DNA of 63,607 nt, counting the filler, from Circinaria calcarea (Eukaryota): the NCBI GenBank assembly GCA_051942165.1. It is 6 parts of 6 records of this genome, joined end to end, with 100 filler letters (N's around TTAATTAATTAA, not from the genome) between each part and the next. Parts side by side here need not be neighbours in the genome. Positions count along the whole stretch, not along the records: positions 31,890 to 42,406 come from JAVECS010000798.1; positions 42,507 to 53,023 come from JAVECS010000799.1; 4 more parts are not named here. One strand, 5' to 3'. The notes under the pieces are model-generated. The model worked only from the letters and a program-made list of their open reading frames with translations. It was not told the DNA's origin and searched no databases. A program made the position numbers and the translations under genes. Positions 35,987 through 50,016 of the stretch are shown here, in pieces. Position 1 is the stretch's first letter. Each line of letters opens with the position of its first letter.

Positions 35987-38900
35987 TATTAATCTCAAAG
36001 TCTCTTCGAGGATTCGACTTTACGAATATCTAGATATACTGATATGTACACTGTGGGATAAGGAAGGTTGAAGGTGAATGCTCTTTATCCGATACCGAAG
36101 GTTAGATTCAACGATGGCATGATCCCATCGAGTTCTCAACTTCTACTGGTGGTTGACATGCATCCAATGCGCGAGTTTCTCCACGGACAAGGAATCGTCT
36201 CCGTTCTTATCGCTTCCTTATCGCCGTGGAATGGAATGTTACATAAGCAATGATGTTCCGCTTCGACGAATCGGCGGGTCCTCGTAGGGCTAGGGCTTTG
36301 CCCACCAGATCGCCTTTTATCATTTTTTCCGATGAGGTGACTGAAGTAGCTTTGATGCTTCACCACAAGGCTAGTCTTAGATGAGGTTTGACTAATCACG
36401 CACACCGGAAAGCATCTGTATCAAGGAGAAGCAGATGTGTTCCCCAGTGCTACCGTTGCATTGTAGTACGTCGATAATGAAACACATGCCAGCCACGATG
36501 ACCGTCTCGGCCCCCCCAGAGCCTTAGTGACTGAGCCAACGTCGGGAACCGAGAACATAGAAAGTAACAAGTTGACTGCCAGAGGCGGAATCCTTCCGAT
36601 ATTTATGGTCAGAGGCATGTACTTCCGGATAAGCGCAGGTCATTGCCCCTCCTTCCGAGGGTACATGATGCATGCACGAGCAAGTTCTAGGACACCGTTC
36701 CAGGTACGGGCGTACGGGGTACATCGATCCCTATCTCATCGTACTTGTTATGATCCAAGAACCAAGATCGAGATTAGAAGAGGGCGCTATACTGTAGCCG
36801 CATCATCGGGCTTGAGCGACGGACAAAATGGACGGTGCGCTTGAAGGCAGAGGCAAGGGTGGCACGCGACACAAGGCTGCACTTAGCACATGCATGCTAA
36901 TACCTAAGACATGAACTTCCTAGTTGTTGCAATTAGCCAGCAGAGAGGCTGTTAGGTAGTTGGAAAACGTAGGTATCCTGCAGAATGAGCTTGAAAGTAG
37001 AGTGATCACAACCAAACGGGAGGATTATAAACTTCTGAGATGAGTATCCAAACGGTCATAGCGTAAATTAACGGTCAGCAGAGGAGATATTTACGGTAGG
37101 AAGAGCCGGCACAGCTTCTGGCCCCGGAAAGAATCGTGTCAGCATCCGTATTTACTGCAGCTGCAGGGCGGGACAAGGCGGTATGGTAAGGGGAAAGGAG
37201 AAGGACCTTGGCTGTCAGTAGAAGCGGTCAGGTCAACATTCTGATTCTGCCAGCCCAAAGCCCACGGAATTGTACAGGTTGACGTTTCCGTTGTCCAGGT
37301 CTTGTTCGTACCGATTACTCCCTACATGCACTCGGAATATATTACTTTTCTCCGGACTGGTAGTCACATGATGTTCCCAGTTCTCGCATGATGCCTGAGA
37401 TCCGAGGGGGGAAGATGCACAAAACTTCCCAGTAGATGCATGCGCTGGCAGCCACGTTGATGCAGGAGGTGATGCACCTCACGGCTCTGGATTTTTCACT
37501 TCATCACAGCGAAACTACAGACCGAAGGTCACAAGCAGCTAGTTCGCTCTACATTACTGCCGAGAGAAGTGGGTGGAAATAGCAAAGTACAGGGAATAAG
37601 CTAATCTGGAGAGTTGCCAAATACCTTTGTCACGGAGTAGCGGATACGATATGAGAAGCCATGGCGCCATTTCGTGCTGTTGCCGTTTGCCGAGCAGAAG
37701 ACAAATTCCCATCCAATAAATATAATTCGGGAGCTAGGCCTTGGAGAGCGATGAGAGAAATGAGAGTTGCGTGATGCCCAGTTCTGGCGGCGATCCCCTG
37801 CACGACTCCATCCAGTAGCCCATTGTGCCTCAAAGGCGTCGGTTACTTGTCGCGGCTGACCCAGTCCAGATGCTGTGCCTTGCAGCATGCAGGACGCTTG
37901 CCCTGGAACTACAGCAGGTAATCAAGCCTCGTCCATTAGGGAGTAGGGATTGGTGACAACACAATCGAAAAGCAATTGCCCGGCGAAGGATTCAATTCAT
38001 TGAAGACTGGTCAGTGGACGAAGCAGCAGATGGCAGCCTCCCTGATCAAACGGCGGAACCGGAGGTTTCTGAGACACAACCCCCCGTAAGCATTAGCTGC
38101 GTATCAGGGCACAATCCTCCGCCCGTTGACTGGATCTGACGCGACGTGAGCAAAGACCGCATCGTGGCCATTGCCATTCTGTGATTCCCTAGTGCGAGGG
38201 GTATTCGTGTCATTCGTGTCTCTCCTCGACGCCACTGGGCAGATCGATTTCGCTGTTTTTAAACGCCGGAGCTAAGGAGGACTCCGTAAGGGGGGGGGAA
38301 GAGAGGGACTAGGGTCATCGAGCGATCACGCTGCTGCTGCTGCTGGCCCGTGCATCACTCCAAATTTCCTCGAGAGGCGTCTTGGCGCTAGATACTCGGT
38401 ACACATGTCACTCGGGGAGAGAGAGGGCTCGCGCGCTTCATTTCAAAGCCCCCGCCGACGGAATTGGTAGTAGCATCTTTCTATGGCTTCGGATCCTCCA
38501 GTCGCCCGCGGGGCTGCTGATACCTCCGCCAATCAAGCATTAAGCTACCGGAGAGGAATCCCATGCAACAAGGCACCTCTCCCCAGTTGAACCCAACCAT
38601 GGCCTGCAGCACCGACACTCCAAACAGAGACAGCGCTTCGGGAAAAGACCCCCAGAGCCGAAGGGATGGGATGACAGTGTCATCTGCTGCTGCCCAACTT
38701 CCCACCTTCATATATTGAGTGGTCCCTGCACTCCTGGTCCATGCCCACAGCTGCTGCATGCAAGGAACGTCAACCATTTTCTTCGGGACGGACTACCTCA
38801 TCATAAGGCCCGCATACTTCGCTCCAGTTCCCCCAAACATATATCCGTTACGAATCTCAGCCATTGTCTGTTTACGACTTTACATTCCTTTGCTGAAGAA

Positions 38901-39224
38901 TGTTCTCCCCTACCGAATCAGAGTATGAGGCCTTTCCTCCAGCGGTCAAGCGCAAGGTACGAGATGATCTCCTGTCACCCCACCTTAGCGTATTGCTCCA
39001 CCAAATATAACCACAAATCCCATTTGGCTCAAGGTCAATGTCAATCTGTACGGAGTATCTCAAGACAGAAAAGGGAGATGGTCAATGGTACCACAACAGT
39101 CGGCTACTGACCATCCGACACCTCTTGATGTCACGCCCACTGCCGTTGCCGAACATGTAACTAATATCCGCTCCCTGGCCAGTGCTTCTCCACCCTCGAG
39201 AGATTGAGACTCGCACAAGGCTCC

Positions 39225-40592
39225 ATGCAGTCGAGCCAGTTCAACGCCCTCGCCCACAGTCCCTCTCGCAACCCGAGCGGTAAAAAGAAACCTCGCAAGA
39301 CCCAATCACGGCCGAATCTCAGGCATCGCACAAGCTACCTGAGCACTTCATCCGGGCGAAGATCGAAAAAATCGCTGACGCCTGCCGACATTTCACAAGA
39401 GGATGCGCAGTGGTTCCTACGCCTACCAGACAAAGTCCGTCGGGGTCACTTCACCACGGAGGAACAGATCTTGCTAGCCGGAGGCTGCCACGACGTGATA
39501 TTAGACGCGGCGGATGAGGTGGTGTACAAACTGGGAGGACGACACGCTAATCGGAGTGTGCCCTCTTTGAAGAGTTCGACTTCCAGTCAGCCCTCGAACG
39601 TCTCGTCGTGCTTCGAAGACCCAATTGACTCGGTTGTAGATATGGATGACTCGATGATGGAAAGTTTCCGTTGGCTCGAGGATGACGATCTGGACTTGAC
39701 CCTCGATGACTACCACCAACATGTCATCGAGACGGCTACACATTGCCCCTCTACACCACCCTCGTCCAGAAGACCATCGTCCAGGAGGACCATGTCGCTC
39801 GGTAGCCTCTCAGTTGCTAGAGATTCCCGTCCATCGGCCGAAAGCGAAGCACCATATTCTGTGATGAAGCTACAATTTTCGGAGAGCTTTTCGCAATATC
39901 CAAGCCTACAAGGCAAGCGCCGTCGATCGAGCCTTTCCAGACCACCATCCAGGCACTCTGGTGGAGAACCCCTCACACCTCCTGATCACTGCTCCTCAAC
40001 CAAACATTATCAAGATCCCGAAGCGAGATTGAAGCTTCGGGTCTACCTTGCTTCTCCTCAGAAGTTCGATGAAGCCATCGAGTTTGGCTTCCCTTCACTC
40101 GACACCTACCCTAAACCTTCCTCTCGCCGGCCTTCCGTTGCGAGAAATCAGACCTGGGCCGCCAATGCACAGACGTTCTTCGACGATGATGACAGCGCAC
40201 CGCTATCCAAAGACCACGATGGTGAAGATGCAGTCTGCCCACTCGATACGAGGACCCCGAACAAAGCGCTCGAGACGCAATTCCGCAGCACAGCTCGACT
40301 TCCTCAGCTCAAGGCACCATCAAGCGAAATGGCGAGACCACCGCTGTGGCACGCGCAAACAGAACCATACGCACATGGTTGGGCCGGTGATCGAGAGATG
40401 ACGCTGCGGATGACATTGACGAGGTCGGATCTCAGGGCAGATGAGAGTACGCTGTATCCAAAGGGCAATGACCCACTTGCGTTGGCTGAGTTACCGCCTA
40501 TGCCGGAAAGAGGAGGGGATATTTGGGACGAGGGAAGGAAAGACAGGGGAATCTTTGGAAGATTATGGCGGAGGGTCAGTCGCAAGACCTAA
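39225..40592 (+). CDS. Conserved uncharacterised Pezizomycotina protein
   Basis: Long single-exon ORF with family-like blocks WFLRLPDKVRRGHFTTEEQ, ILDAADE, DLDLTLDDYH, YQDPEARLKLRVYLASPQKFDEAIEFGFPS and REMTLRMTLTR. Confidence 0.8.
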   Translation: MQSSQFNALAHSPSRNPSGKKKPRKTQSRPNLRHRTSYLSTSSGRRSKKSLTPADISQEDAQWFLRLPDKVRRGHFTTEEQILLAGGCHDVILDAADEVVYKLGGRHANRSVPSLKSSTSSQPSNVSSCFEDPIDSVVDMDDSMMESFRWLEDDDLDLTLDDYHQHVIETATHCPSTPPSSRRPSSRRTMSLGSLSVARDSRPSAESEAPYSVMKLQFSESFSQYPSLQGKRRRSSLSRPPSRHSGGEPLTPPDHCSSTKHYQDPEARLKLRVYLASPQKFDEAIEFGFPSLDTYPKPSSRRPSVARNQTWAANAQTFFDDDDSAPLSKDHDGEDAVCPLDTRTPNKALETQFRSTARLPQLKAPSSEMARPPLWHAQTEPYAHGWAGDREMTLRMTLTRSDLRADESTLYPKGNDPLALAELPPMPERGGDIWDEGRKDRGIFGRLWRRVSRKT

Positions 40593-42406
40593 AGTTGGTT
40601 ACTACTTTGCCGCGTATACTCAATCGACTGAGCACGGAACGGAAATTTTTCCAGATGTCTCCGACGAGATTAGTTGGGAAAATACATTAACCGTACCCCC
40701 CACTAAGCTTTAAGCGGAAGCTTAGTGGGGAGTACGGTTAGCAACATATTCCCGTTGCGGCACGAGAGGGCACCCAAACACATGAGTTATGAGAAAGATG
40801 TGAGCAAGTGCTGGGGAGTTTGTCGCATGGACGGAGTTTTGCTGTACGATACCAGGGTCTCGAGTCGGCAGAGGGTCATATTGACGGGCGTTGGAGATTG
40901 TCAGTCTCTAGATCCTGTATTCTATTCTCTTCCGTTTTTTCTTTCAAGAAATACAATGTATTACTAATACGACCCTCTTCACCTATACCCCCTTTTTCTA
41001 TCAAACTACGAATTAGACCGGAACCTCAAGTTCCGAAACCTTTTTACATTTTTTTCCCCTAGAATGAAGTATCGTCTACCAAGTGAATGTGGATGTAAAT
41101 GCGTAATCGCCAGTAAACAGTCGAGGAGTGTTAGCACCCAGAACCGTAACTTATCCCACATATCTCCAGGATACAAACCCCCCTTCTATCCCTTCCCCCC
41201 CCCCTCCGCAAAGGGACTCGAGATCCCAACTTAATGGGAGGGAAAAGAAAATAAATGGCCGGCACCGGGACCGGGACCGGGAACACTCACTACCCGCGAA
41301 AGGAAGATGTTCCAGCACCGTTTGTTTGTAGATTTTTTGTAATTTTTTTTTTCTTTTTCTGACAAGTCCAAGGGAAAGGGAAAGGGGAAAACTTGGAAGC
41401 CTCTGGGTTTGGTTGGTTGGTTGATTGATACATGGGTTGGGTTGGGATGGGGGACTTGTTGTTTTACCTACTACCTACGACCTACAGGGTATCCAAACGG
41501 GTTAGGGGTTGGATACATAGCTGCTGTAGATGAAATGAGGGGGATTGGGATTTGAGGATAGTATAGTAGTAATTTGAGCTGGGGAGCTGGGAGCTGGGAG
41601 TTGGGAGCTGGGAGTTTGAGAGGGTTGAGAGGTTGAGAAGGCGTGCTTTTTTTTAAAAGAAGGGGGGGCTTGAAGGGGGGTGAGGAAAGAAGAGAAGGAA
41701 AGAAAGGTGTTTTTGTGATATTGATTTCCATTCCCTTTTTCTTTTTCTTAATTCCTGTCTTCCTTCCCCTTATAATGTAACTTTTACATGTACATGTATA
41801 TGCACTTGTGAGAGAGAGTAGGGCTTCCTTGATTTGTTTTATTTTGTTTTGTTCGTTGTTTATATTCCACTTCTCTTTTCCCTTTCCCTTTAGGATGCGA
41901 ATCCGAACCCTTTCTCATCGTTTTCTCTCCTCGCTATACTTACTAAATGTCTCACTGAAAATCTCAAAAGGACAAAAGGCAAAAGACAAAAGACAAGAGA
42001 TTAAAAGGGAAGATAATAGAGTGAGAAGTGAAGTGCTAACTGCCGGCCCCCGTTAAATGTTTTTCTTGTTAACGGGCATGAGGCGTACTATATGGCTTTA
42101 CCTGGGGGGTTTAATTTTAATGAGATTACGGGGTTGGACTTTTTTTAGTTCGCTTTTGCTTTTTGACTTTTTAACTTTCTGAAAACTCGCGGTACTGGGG
42201 GACTTGGGACTTGGGATTTAGTGATTTGGGGACTTGCTGAGTCCTTGATGGTCTGGCGATTGAAGATGAAAGCGCGGGGATAAAGCGGGAGAGTGAGGGT
42301 ATCGAGGGATGATGCGAATGGGATGGAATAAGATGATCGGGAGTTTTGTTTTCTTTTGTTTTTGTCCCGCGGTGAGAGTTTCGTAAGGGGGGAGAGGAAA
42401 AGGGGG

Positions 42407-42506
42407 NNNNNNNNNNNNNNNNNNNNNNNNNNNNNNNNNNNNNNNNNNNNTTAATTAATTAANNNNNNNNNNNNNNNNNNNNNNNNNNNNNNNNNNNNNN
42501 NNNNNN
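42407..42506. other. Artificial contig linker
   Basis: N44-TTAATTAATTAA-N44. Confidence 0.98.
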
Positions 42507-43040
42507 GAACGGGAGGGTATGGGCATGGGCATGGTGCTGAAGATATTTGGTTAGATGCCGCTGATGGGATATGTGTCTTACAGGAGCATGTCTATGAGGG
42601 GAAAAGGACTAGTGGGTAATAGTAAGTGTAGAAACACTCCAAAATCAATAGTTTTACCGTTTTATCTCTGGAAGTCGTAAACAAATAAGAAACATTGGAG
42701 ATTACAAGGAAAAAAAGGCTTCGGTAAATTAATTTTTGTAGGAGATATTCAAGATACTGCTCGTCAAGGATAGGTCTATCTGAAATTTAGAGACTGGATC
42801 GCATACTGCTGGGAAACTAGGTGGCTATGAGGGTTTTGGGTCATCAGAAGGATCTTTGTTTGCATGTTCGTTGCTATGACAGTAGAATAGCCTCTACCTA
42901 AATTATGGCCTTCATCACATAACCTATCTCAAGCGACTACTACTGCATGAACATGCACGGTATTCAAGTCACATCTGGCTCTACCCACGGAAAGAAGTAT
43001 ACTTGAAAGAGCAACCTCATGCACTTTCATTAATGCTACC

Positions 43041-44554
43041 TCATACCTCAAAGGATGACGTCGCGCCGCCTCTTCCAAGCTTGCCCATTCTTCCCTCGAG
43101 ATCCTCTACCCAATCCTCAATCACTTTCGTATTTTCCACCAGACGCTTCTCTCCCGTTCTCATTCTCTCTTCAACCTTCTCTAAGCCTTCCCTCCAACCC
43201 CGTATTTCCTCGGCCATCTCTGCTTGCCTCTTTTCTACGTCTGCCAGACTTTGGCTCGCAGCCGCAGCGTCAGCATGGATGAGTCGCAGGGATCTGAGAC
43301 GATCTAGTACTGATGGTAGAAGAGGTGCCAGTGATTCAATAGTGGGGAGGGTTCCGAAGAGGGCATTAATTTTGGAAGACTGTTCAGGGTTATCGAGACC
43401 TGCAATGGCTGCCGCCTCATCCTGCGTAGCCGAAATAGTCTGCCTCTCATCTTGACTCGACTTCAAAGCTTCGAGTGAAGCTCTTGCTGACTTGCGAGCG
43501 TCGTCCAGCTTTTCGGCTTCTTGTATCAGTTGACGTATTCGTCTACCAACAGCGTCAAGGGATGCGGGTGAAGATGACGATATCGTTGAAATCTTTCTAT
43601 CTAGAATATCCAGTGTGGGTAGTATAGCCTTATTAGCTGGCCTACCCTGAGTTGGTAGTGGTATGGAATCAATGCCAAGGATAGTCTCCAACAGAGTTAT
43701 CCGGGTATCGAAGTCAGCAATTTTAACCCAATTCTGGTCGGCTTGTAGCTTTGGCGCGCGACTGATAGTCTCGGCGGATTTCTCCCCTTTTTGCCGTTCG
43801 CCTGAGAGCTTGTCGTTATCCATTGCGGGTGCAGCCTCTACTCTCCGACCTAGCCGTCCTGCTGCCGTCCGTGATGGCCCAAGGTCAATGGTGTTGAGGC
43901 TTTCCATGATCTTGCTTAAGACATCTAGGGTCTCTTTATCCATGTCTTCCCCGTTGTCCTCCTCGGCTCCGATCTCTCTACCAGCATGCTGTCTTGCAAT
44001 TTCAACCTTGATCTCCTCTGCCTCTTGCTGCAGTCTGGCAATCTTTCTCTGAAGGCTCTCAGGCCCGGCGTCATCTTCATCGCTAGATTCGACGAGTGCA
44101 CCTTCTCGGGTGGTCCCTTTACGTCTCCGCCTGCTTGTAACTTGATATGACTTGCGTTTACCATCTATTCGATCCGAGAAGTCAACATCCCCGGCGTGGA
44201 CTCTAGCAGGCAGGAAGTGTGTCCTCGCCTCGTCTGGATCTAAACGATGTCGATCGATACCGCTGATTTCATCGCCCTCTAGATCTTTGTAGGAAGATGC
44301 GCGTGACTCCGAACGGAAGGCTGTAGATGTCTGTATTTGTAGTCAGAACCTGCCCAAAGTAACAATCGCATTCAAGTGACGCACGGGACGTGTTGAGGTA
44401 CCGTCTGTTAGTTCGGGAGTTTCATATAGGTCTGGTGCCCAGTCCTATATGTGTACACGTATTAGTAAGAATTGCAGCAAACATCTATCATAGAGGTGCT
44501 AACAAGGTCTGGAAGTCCAGCATACTTTCGATTGCTTGGTGAGGTAGTGCTCAT
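43041..44554 (-). CDS. DCTN2: Dynactin p50 subunit (dynamitin, Jnm1/DCTN2)
   Basis: Exon 1 RKYAGLPDL, exon 2 DWAPDLYETPEL, then DVDFSDRI, ESLQRKIARLQQEAEEI and KINALFGTLPTIESLAPLLPSVLDRLRSLRLIHADA. Confidence 0.88.
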
Positions 44555-44994
44555 GGTTGCTACTGTACATCAAATTATTGATTAGCGATTGATCGCGTAA
44601 ACTGTCGTTGTTGTTCCTCAGGCTACCATACGGAGTACACCAATCACGGGGCTAGGGCGCCATGCTTCTTTAGGTGAGTATCCATTCACTGCACATGCCA
44701 ATCAACCACATGGCATCCCCTCAACAAACTCCAATTAATGCTAGTCCTTATGCTCCTTTTGATAGGAGTTCACATTATCTGCTATAATCTTCATCACTCC
44801 CTACAATGGTGCTAGACTGGTTTCAGCTATAAAGCTCTAGGAGGGTTTCGAAAGACGCGGATATGGAGCTTTGGAAGCATTCGGAAGAGCAACCTTTCGC
44901 GTAACTTTTGCATGATTGCACTCCACCGAGAGGCCTTTCTCAGTAGGTTTGGTAACCTCCCTTGTAAGCAGTCATCTAACTAGAAGACAAGAGA

Positions 44995-46445
44995 TCAAAT
45001 TACAACAGAAACCGAGGAACTCTCCTTCCCTCCTTTCGTGCCCTTCTCTTTCTCATCCACAAGCTCCTTATTACCTTCCTTCCCCTCTACCCTCCCGTCT
45101 CTCACCAACCCTTTCACTAGAACTTCCTTTCCCGGCTTCCCATCAATCGGCAGTTCATTCAAGAACTCCCAGCGGCTCTTCTCCTTCCACCCCTTTTCCT
45201 TCCAGTCATTCCCAGTCCCGTTCGGATACCAATCCACCGCATCTCTCAAGCCCACATCATGCGCGATACAAACCAACACATTCTCATCTGCATCAAACTC
45301 CTCCAGGGCATCGATACTTTTCTGCGCCGTAGGTGGATCGGTGTAATAACTTCCCGGGATATCGGAAACGTGGTAGAAGGGTGTGATGCGTGAAGCGGAT
45401 GGGTTGGGATGGCAGGCGGTGAAGGTGGAGCAGGGGCAGGGGGTTTGGAAACGGCGGTCCAGGTTGACGGAGGAGGGAATGGAGGAGGGGAGGGGAGCGT
45501 AGGCAGTGGGTCGGAAGGAACCACCGAAATGGCAGACATCGCCGCCCATGAGGATGAAGGTGGTGGGGGTTGTCCGTGCTAGGGCGGACATGTGACCGAT
45601 TGCGTGCTGGACGATTCAGTATCCTTGGTTTGTGGGAAAGATGAGTAATGGTGGAAAAAGCTATTATTGTAGGTTAAATGGAACCTCTCTCGAGACTTAC
45701 CCCGGGTACATCGAGGAGGTAAAAGCTTCCATCTCCGAAGAAGTCATGAGCACGGTACTGCCCAATCTTGAGCTGCCCGTCGAAAGTAATCTCATGCACA
45801 TCTCGCCCCCTGGTATGATGTCAGGCAGAGGGATCCATATAGTCCCCATGTTATACTCCTTAACAAAACAGAGAGCATACTTGAAATCTGCCTCCAGCAA
45901 TGGTGAGTCCTTTCTGGCTGGGTAGCCAGGCAAGAAAGCTTCCTTGACTCCCGGCCCAACAATCAACTCTGCTGACTGAGGGAAAAGAGACGGGTCTCCC
46001 TAAAAAGCCATCAGCCGCATTCGAAGCCACATTCATCGAGAATGTAACCTACAATATGATCCCAATGCCAATGACTCCATACCATCCCATCAATCTTTCC
46101 CAGCTTCAGTCCATTCTCGACCAAAATCTCGGTAATTCCCTTAGCCGCCCTCAATCCTCGTATCTTCATCTGAATCGCATTATATTGCACGGGCGCTAGA
46201 TTCCACCAATCGGTCCTAGATCCAAGGTCAAACAAAATAGTCTTCTTCAGCTCTTTATTTTCGACAAGGAATGAACACGTGGGTAGATTGAGGGTTTCTT
46301 GGCCTTTGATCACAGGTTGAACAAAGTATCCAGCGGATACCACAATGTCACATGTTGTGTTGATGATCTGAACTTGGACAGTCGAATCAGAAGAAGGTAT
46401 GTGCAGGCCCGGATGCGGCTTTGGGGGGATGTTTTCTTGGGCCAT
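44995..46445 (-). CDS. Metallo-beta-lactamase-fold hydrolase (AHL-lactonase/MpaE-like family)
   Basis: ILFDLG, WSHWHWDHI-GD (HxHxDH), spliced FGDGSFYLLDVP-HAIGH, FILMGGDVCH and VCIAHD. Several GT-AG introns. Confidence 0.85.
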
Positions 46446-46905
46446 CGTCGGCTTCTATATAGATATTCAGAGCAAACAGCTTGACGTGTATCTTGATATT
46501 CCATAATCTCAATTGTTCACAATACGGAAAGCGGGGGAGCGGAAATACTCAAAGAGATAGCGTATTGGATTGAGGTTGGCCAATCGCATGAACCAGACGA
46601 TTACTCGCAGTTCGGCTGTGCATGATCCCTTGCAGGAGACGACTGCCTGTCACGAAGGTTGTTCCGTCTGCTTGCTGGCATCGTGGAGACTTATGCCCAG
46701 TGAATAATATTCCAAGGCGTGGTAAGTTTAGAGTCGTGTAGCTTAGCATATCTTGATGTCAAAAAAGTAGAAAGATATTTGTCAAAACCATTGTATTGAT
46801 TATCGTAACTCTGCACTTTCTCTGTACATTCGTCAACAAGCCCTTCGTTCAGGCCCTTTACCGATCCTGAAACACCGGAGACCCTGTCTCATCCGATTAG
46901 TTCAC

Positions 46906-48797
46906 TCAGTCTGTGGCAATCCCATGCGGCTTGTTTCGGTGCTTTAGAATCCTAATCTTTGCGTCCATTATCGGCTGTACCCACCAACCTCCCGTGACCC
47001 ACTTTCTTAAGCCTACTTCAGCTGTCGAAAAGATTCGTCGCAAGGCGCATTCAATGTGCCATAGGCAGTAACCCAGAGGCTCCTTGCGGGGAGTCATAAA
47101 TCTACTCTCAACCTTGGTAGCAGCACCCGAGAACTCGTCCGGCTTCAAGACCCTTAATCCAGCAAAGCCGTTGACAGTGTCCACAACCTCCCAGCTACCA
47201 ATGATTTTCTCTGGTCTTTCAGCCAGGACATAATCGAAGCGATCCCACCAGACGGGGTCCAGAAGATTGGCCTCGTCCTCGGTCTTGTCATAGATCCACG
47301 TATTTCGCGTTCTCGCAACGGTAGAGTCTATGGTAGGTTGGATCTGCAGGAAGCGGGTTACGCCAGTCATGCAGCTCAAAGTGTCCATGTGTACCTTTAC
47401 AACGCTGCTTTCGCCATCCGCCAATTCGTGTAGACGATTGAGGGCATCAGCTCCAGGATAATTGAGACGTGAGATAAGCAACATGCCGAAGCTTGCTAGG
47501 AATGAGGCCGCCGTGGACGCTACGAGTCCAAGGGCCAAGACACGGTATACTAAGGATTTAGTACGACGAGTCCAGATCCAAGAGGCACCAGCTGCGGCTA
47601 CAGCAGTGAGAGGAGGGATCACGTAAATTATAAATCGCCATTCCTTGTGTGGTTGGACGCTGTATGCAGCGACATATGTGAGATTAGGAATTAGTATGTA
47701 GAGAGCGGAGCGGCGTAGGGCAGGTGTCGAGAGTGCAAGGGGAATGCAAAGTAGGTAAGTGAAGGGGTTGAAAAGGAGGCGGGGCAGTGCAGACGTGAAA
47801 TAGTGATAGAAAGGAGAGGTGCCCCAGTTTACTGAACGACCTTCCATTACATTGTATGCGAACCCGGAAAGTTCTGGCCAAAGAGGGAAGTGGAGCCAGA
47901 AGAAGGAGTCGATCGGAACAGTGAGACCAAGGCCAATGGAAAGGCCGAGTATACCGGAGGCAATGCTATTTCGTAAGGACAGACGACGCTGAAGTAGGAT
48001 CCATATGGTGTGGATTCCAAGCAGAAGCGCAACCTCGGAACGAAAGATCACACCCACAACAGTCAAAAGTACTAATGCCTGCTTGTACGCCTTGATCTGC
48101 GATTGTTGATGTATGTTTGTAGAGAACGGCAGCAGATTGCGCATGGCCAGCGTACCTATAACCCTTCAGCATTCCTTACAGTGATACCGGAGGACATTGA
48201 GCACCTACTCAGGCCGAATGCAAAGAAATTCGGCAACGTCCTTGAAGCATAATACATCAGATGGAACTGGCTAGCTTGCAAGAGGATGTACCAATTGGCA
48301 GCATCGCGGCCAAACGCTTTAGCAACACCATTTCGAAACGAAAGGATACAGAAAGCGTTGTAGAGCCCAAGGATAGCCCTTACTATACCATTTAAGTCAG
48401 TCGCAGTTTCTCGACTCCCATATAGTCGGAGCTTTATTTGCTATAATACCACGCACCAAAGACTTGCCGTTCCACTCCATCTATCAACCATATGAAAGGC
48501 CATGAAGCCCCGGCCAAAGCCAACGGGCCCACGAATGTTCGTGGAACAGAGCCGGGAAAGCTGAGGTGGTCATATTCCGCTTGTAGCCTCGAGCTTCTAT
48601 TTTGCAGAGGTATCCCGGCTGTCAGGATATCATGCGTAGCTTGCACATTGAAGGACTCCTCCACCTTCGTGTATGGAGATAGAACTAGGTGGAGTATAAT
48701 AAGGAGTGGGATGAGTAGAGCAATGAGGGCATCTAGTATTCATCAGCAGTGTAATCATCCGTATCAAAGTGCATCACCTACCGGTCAGTCGCCCCAT
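46906..48797 (-). CDS. ALG12: Dol-P-Man:Man7GlcNAc2-PP-Dol alpha-1,6-mannosyltransferase (GT22)
   Basis: [82 protein letters not shown] and YDKTED. Confidence 0.93.
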
Positions 48798-50016
48798 CCT
48801 GATCTGATTGAGGACATTGTAGCTACATGTTCATTGTGATAATTCGCCCGTAAGTGCTCTCGCGTATGACAAAAAAGCTGACACGGTCCCGCATTTAGCG
48901 ACACCCAAAACTCAACACCACATGCAATATCACGTACAAATTAAACATGTAATGCCGTAGTTTATGATTTTGGTTATAACTGAAACTATATGAAACAGTA
49001 GCTCTATAGGCCTTCCTAATGCGGCCTTCTCTCTATAACCTTGCAATCGCCCCCCTAATAGCCTGTCATCTTGCCGCCGCTTTCTATTACCCCCCCGGAG
49101 TACACGTGGACCAGCACAGAACAGAGCAGCACAAGGACTCTCCGTTGACAAGGTTGACCACAGAGCCTTGAACGGACCTTGGAAGAAGAAGTCGCTCTGG
49201 AATTATTTTCCACCACCCAACAAACGAGACATTTAAGGCCACGATCTACCACGCGTTGTCCGACAGCCTACCAAAGCATCGTCCTTGCCCGTCTCTGGGC
49301 TTTGACTCAGTGATCCCGAGTCTCTCGAAAATCACCTTTGCACCGCTTCAGACTTCCCGTACTGCACGGAGTCCATGTCTTGACGTGAACGTAGCGGGGA
49401 AGGCCTGGATGATCTAAGGGTAGACATGCCGTGCACTAGCGGGATATAAGCCAGTATTGTACTTTGCCGCCGAATATAATAGGGATCCGAGCTCGAAACA
49501 TACCGCTCATAGAATTCCGTTAGAGACTTACACCGGAGACATCGATATTGACGTTAAGTGGGCTCACCAACTGCCTTGGCACTCCGAGCCGTTGACGGGT
49601 GTAAAAAGCCCTGATCTAACCTCATGGAGGTATCCAGATTAGCGGGCGGAATAGAAGAACCTTAATGCCACTTCGAACTTCCAACTTCCAACATCAACGG
49701 CCTGACACCCCATTCGCGCGGGCTAGAACATAGTGTGCACCACAAGACTCGGCACGTCCGAATATGCACTCTCCCTGTCCGCTATGTTATGAGTGGTAAG
49801 GGGGACTATTGGAAATTATCTGTTAAGTCTGCGAGATGATCTACCTGTACATTACCATCAAAAGATCTCATCATGCGCCCAACCGTTGGTTCAACTTGCT
49901 TGTAATCGTCCAGACGAAACATGTTATTATCGGATAAGGCTACGAAGAGTCGAAGAGTGCTACATTTATTCTTAAGCGTCGCCTATATCACCCCGACAAG
50001 GATTCAGAGTCAGAGG

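Noticed and set aside
41489..41516. Hairpin enclosing GGTTAGGG (telomere-like)
   Set aside because: A single unit within low-complexity sequence, expected by chance.
41100..42406. ORFs and heptamer runs (gggagct, gggactt, ccgggac)
   Set aside because: Simple-sequence intergenic DNA; the ORFs are compositional artefacts.
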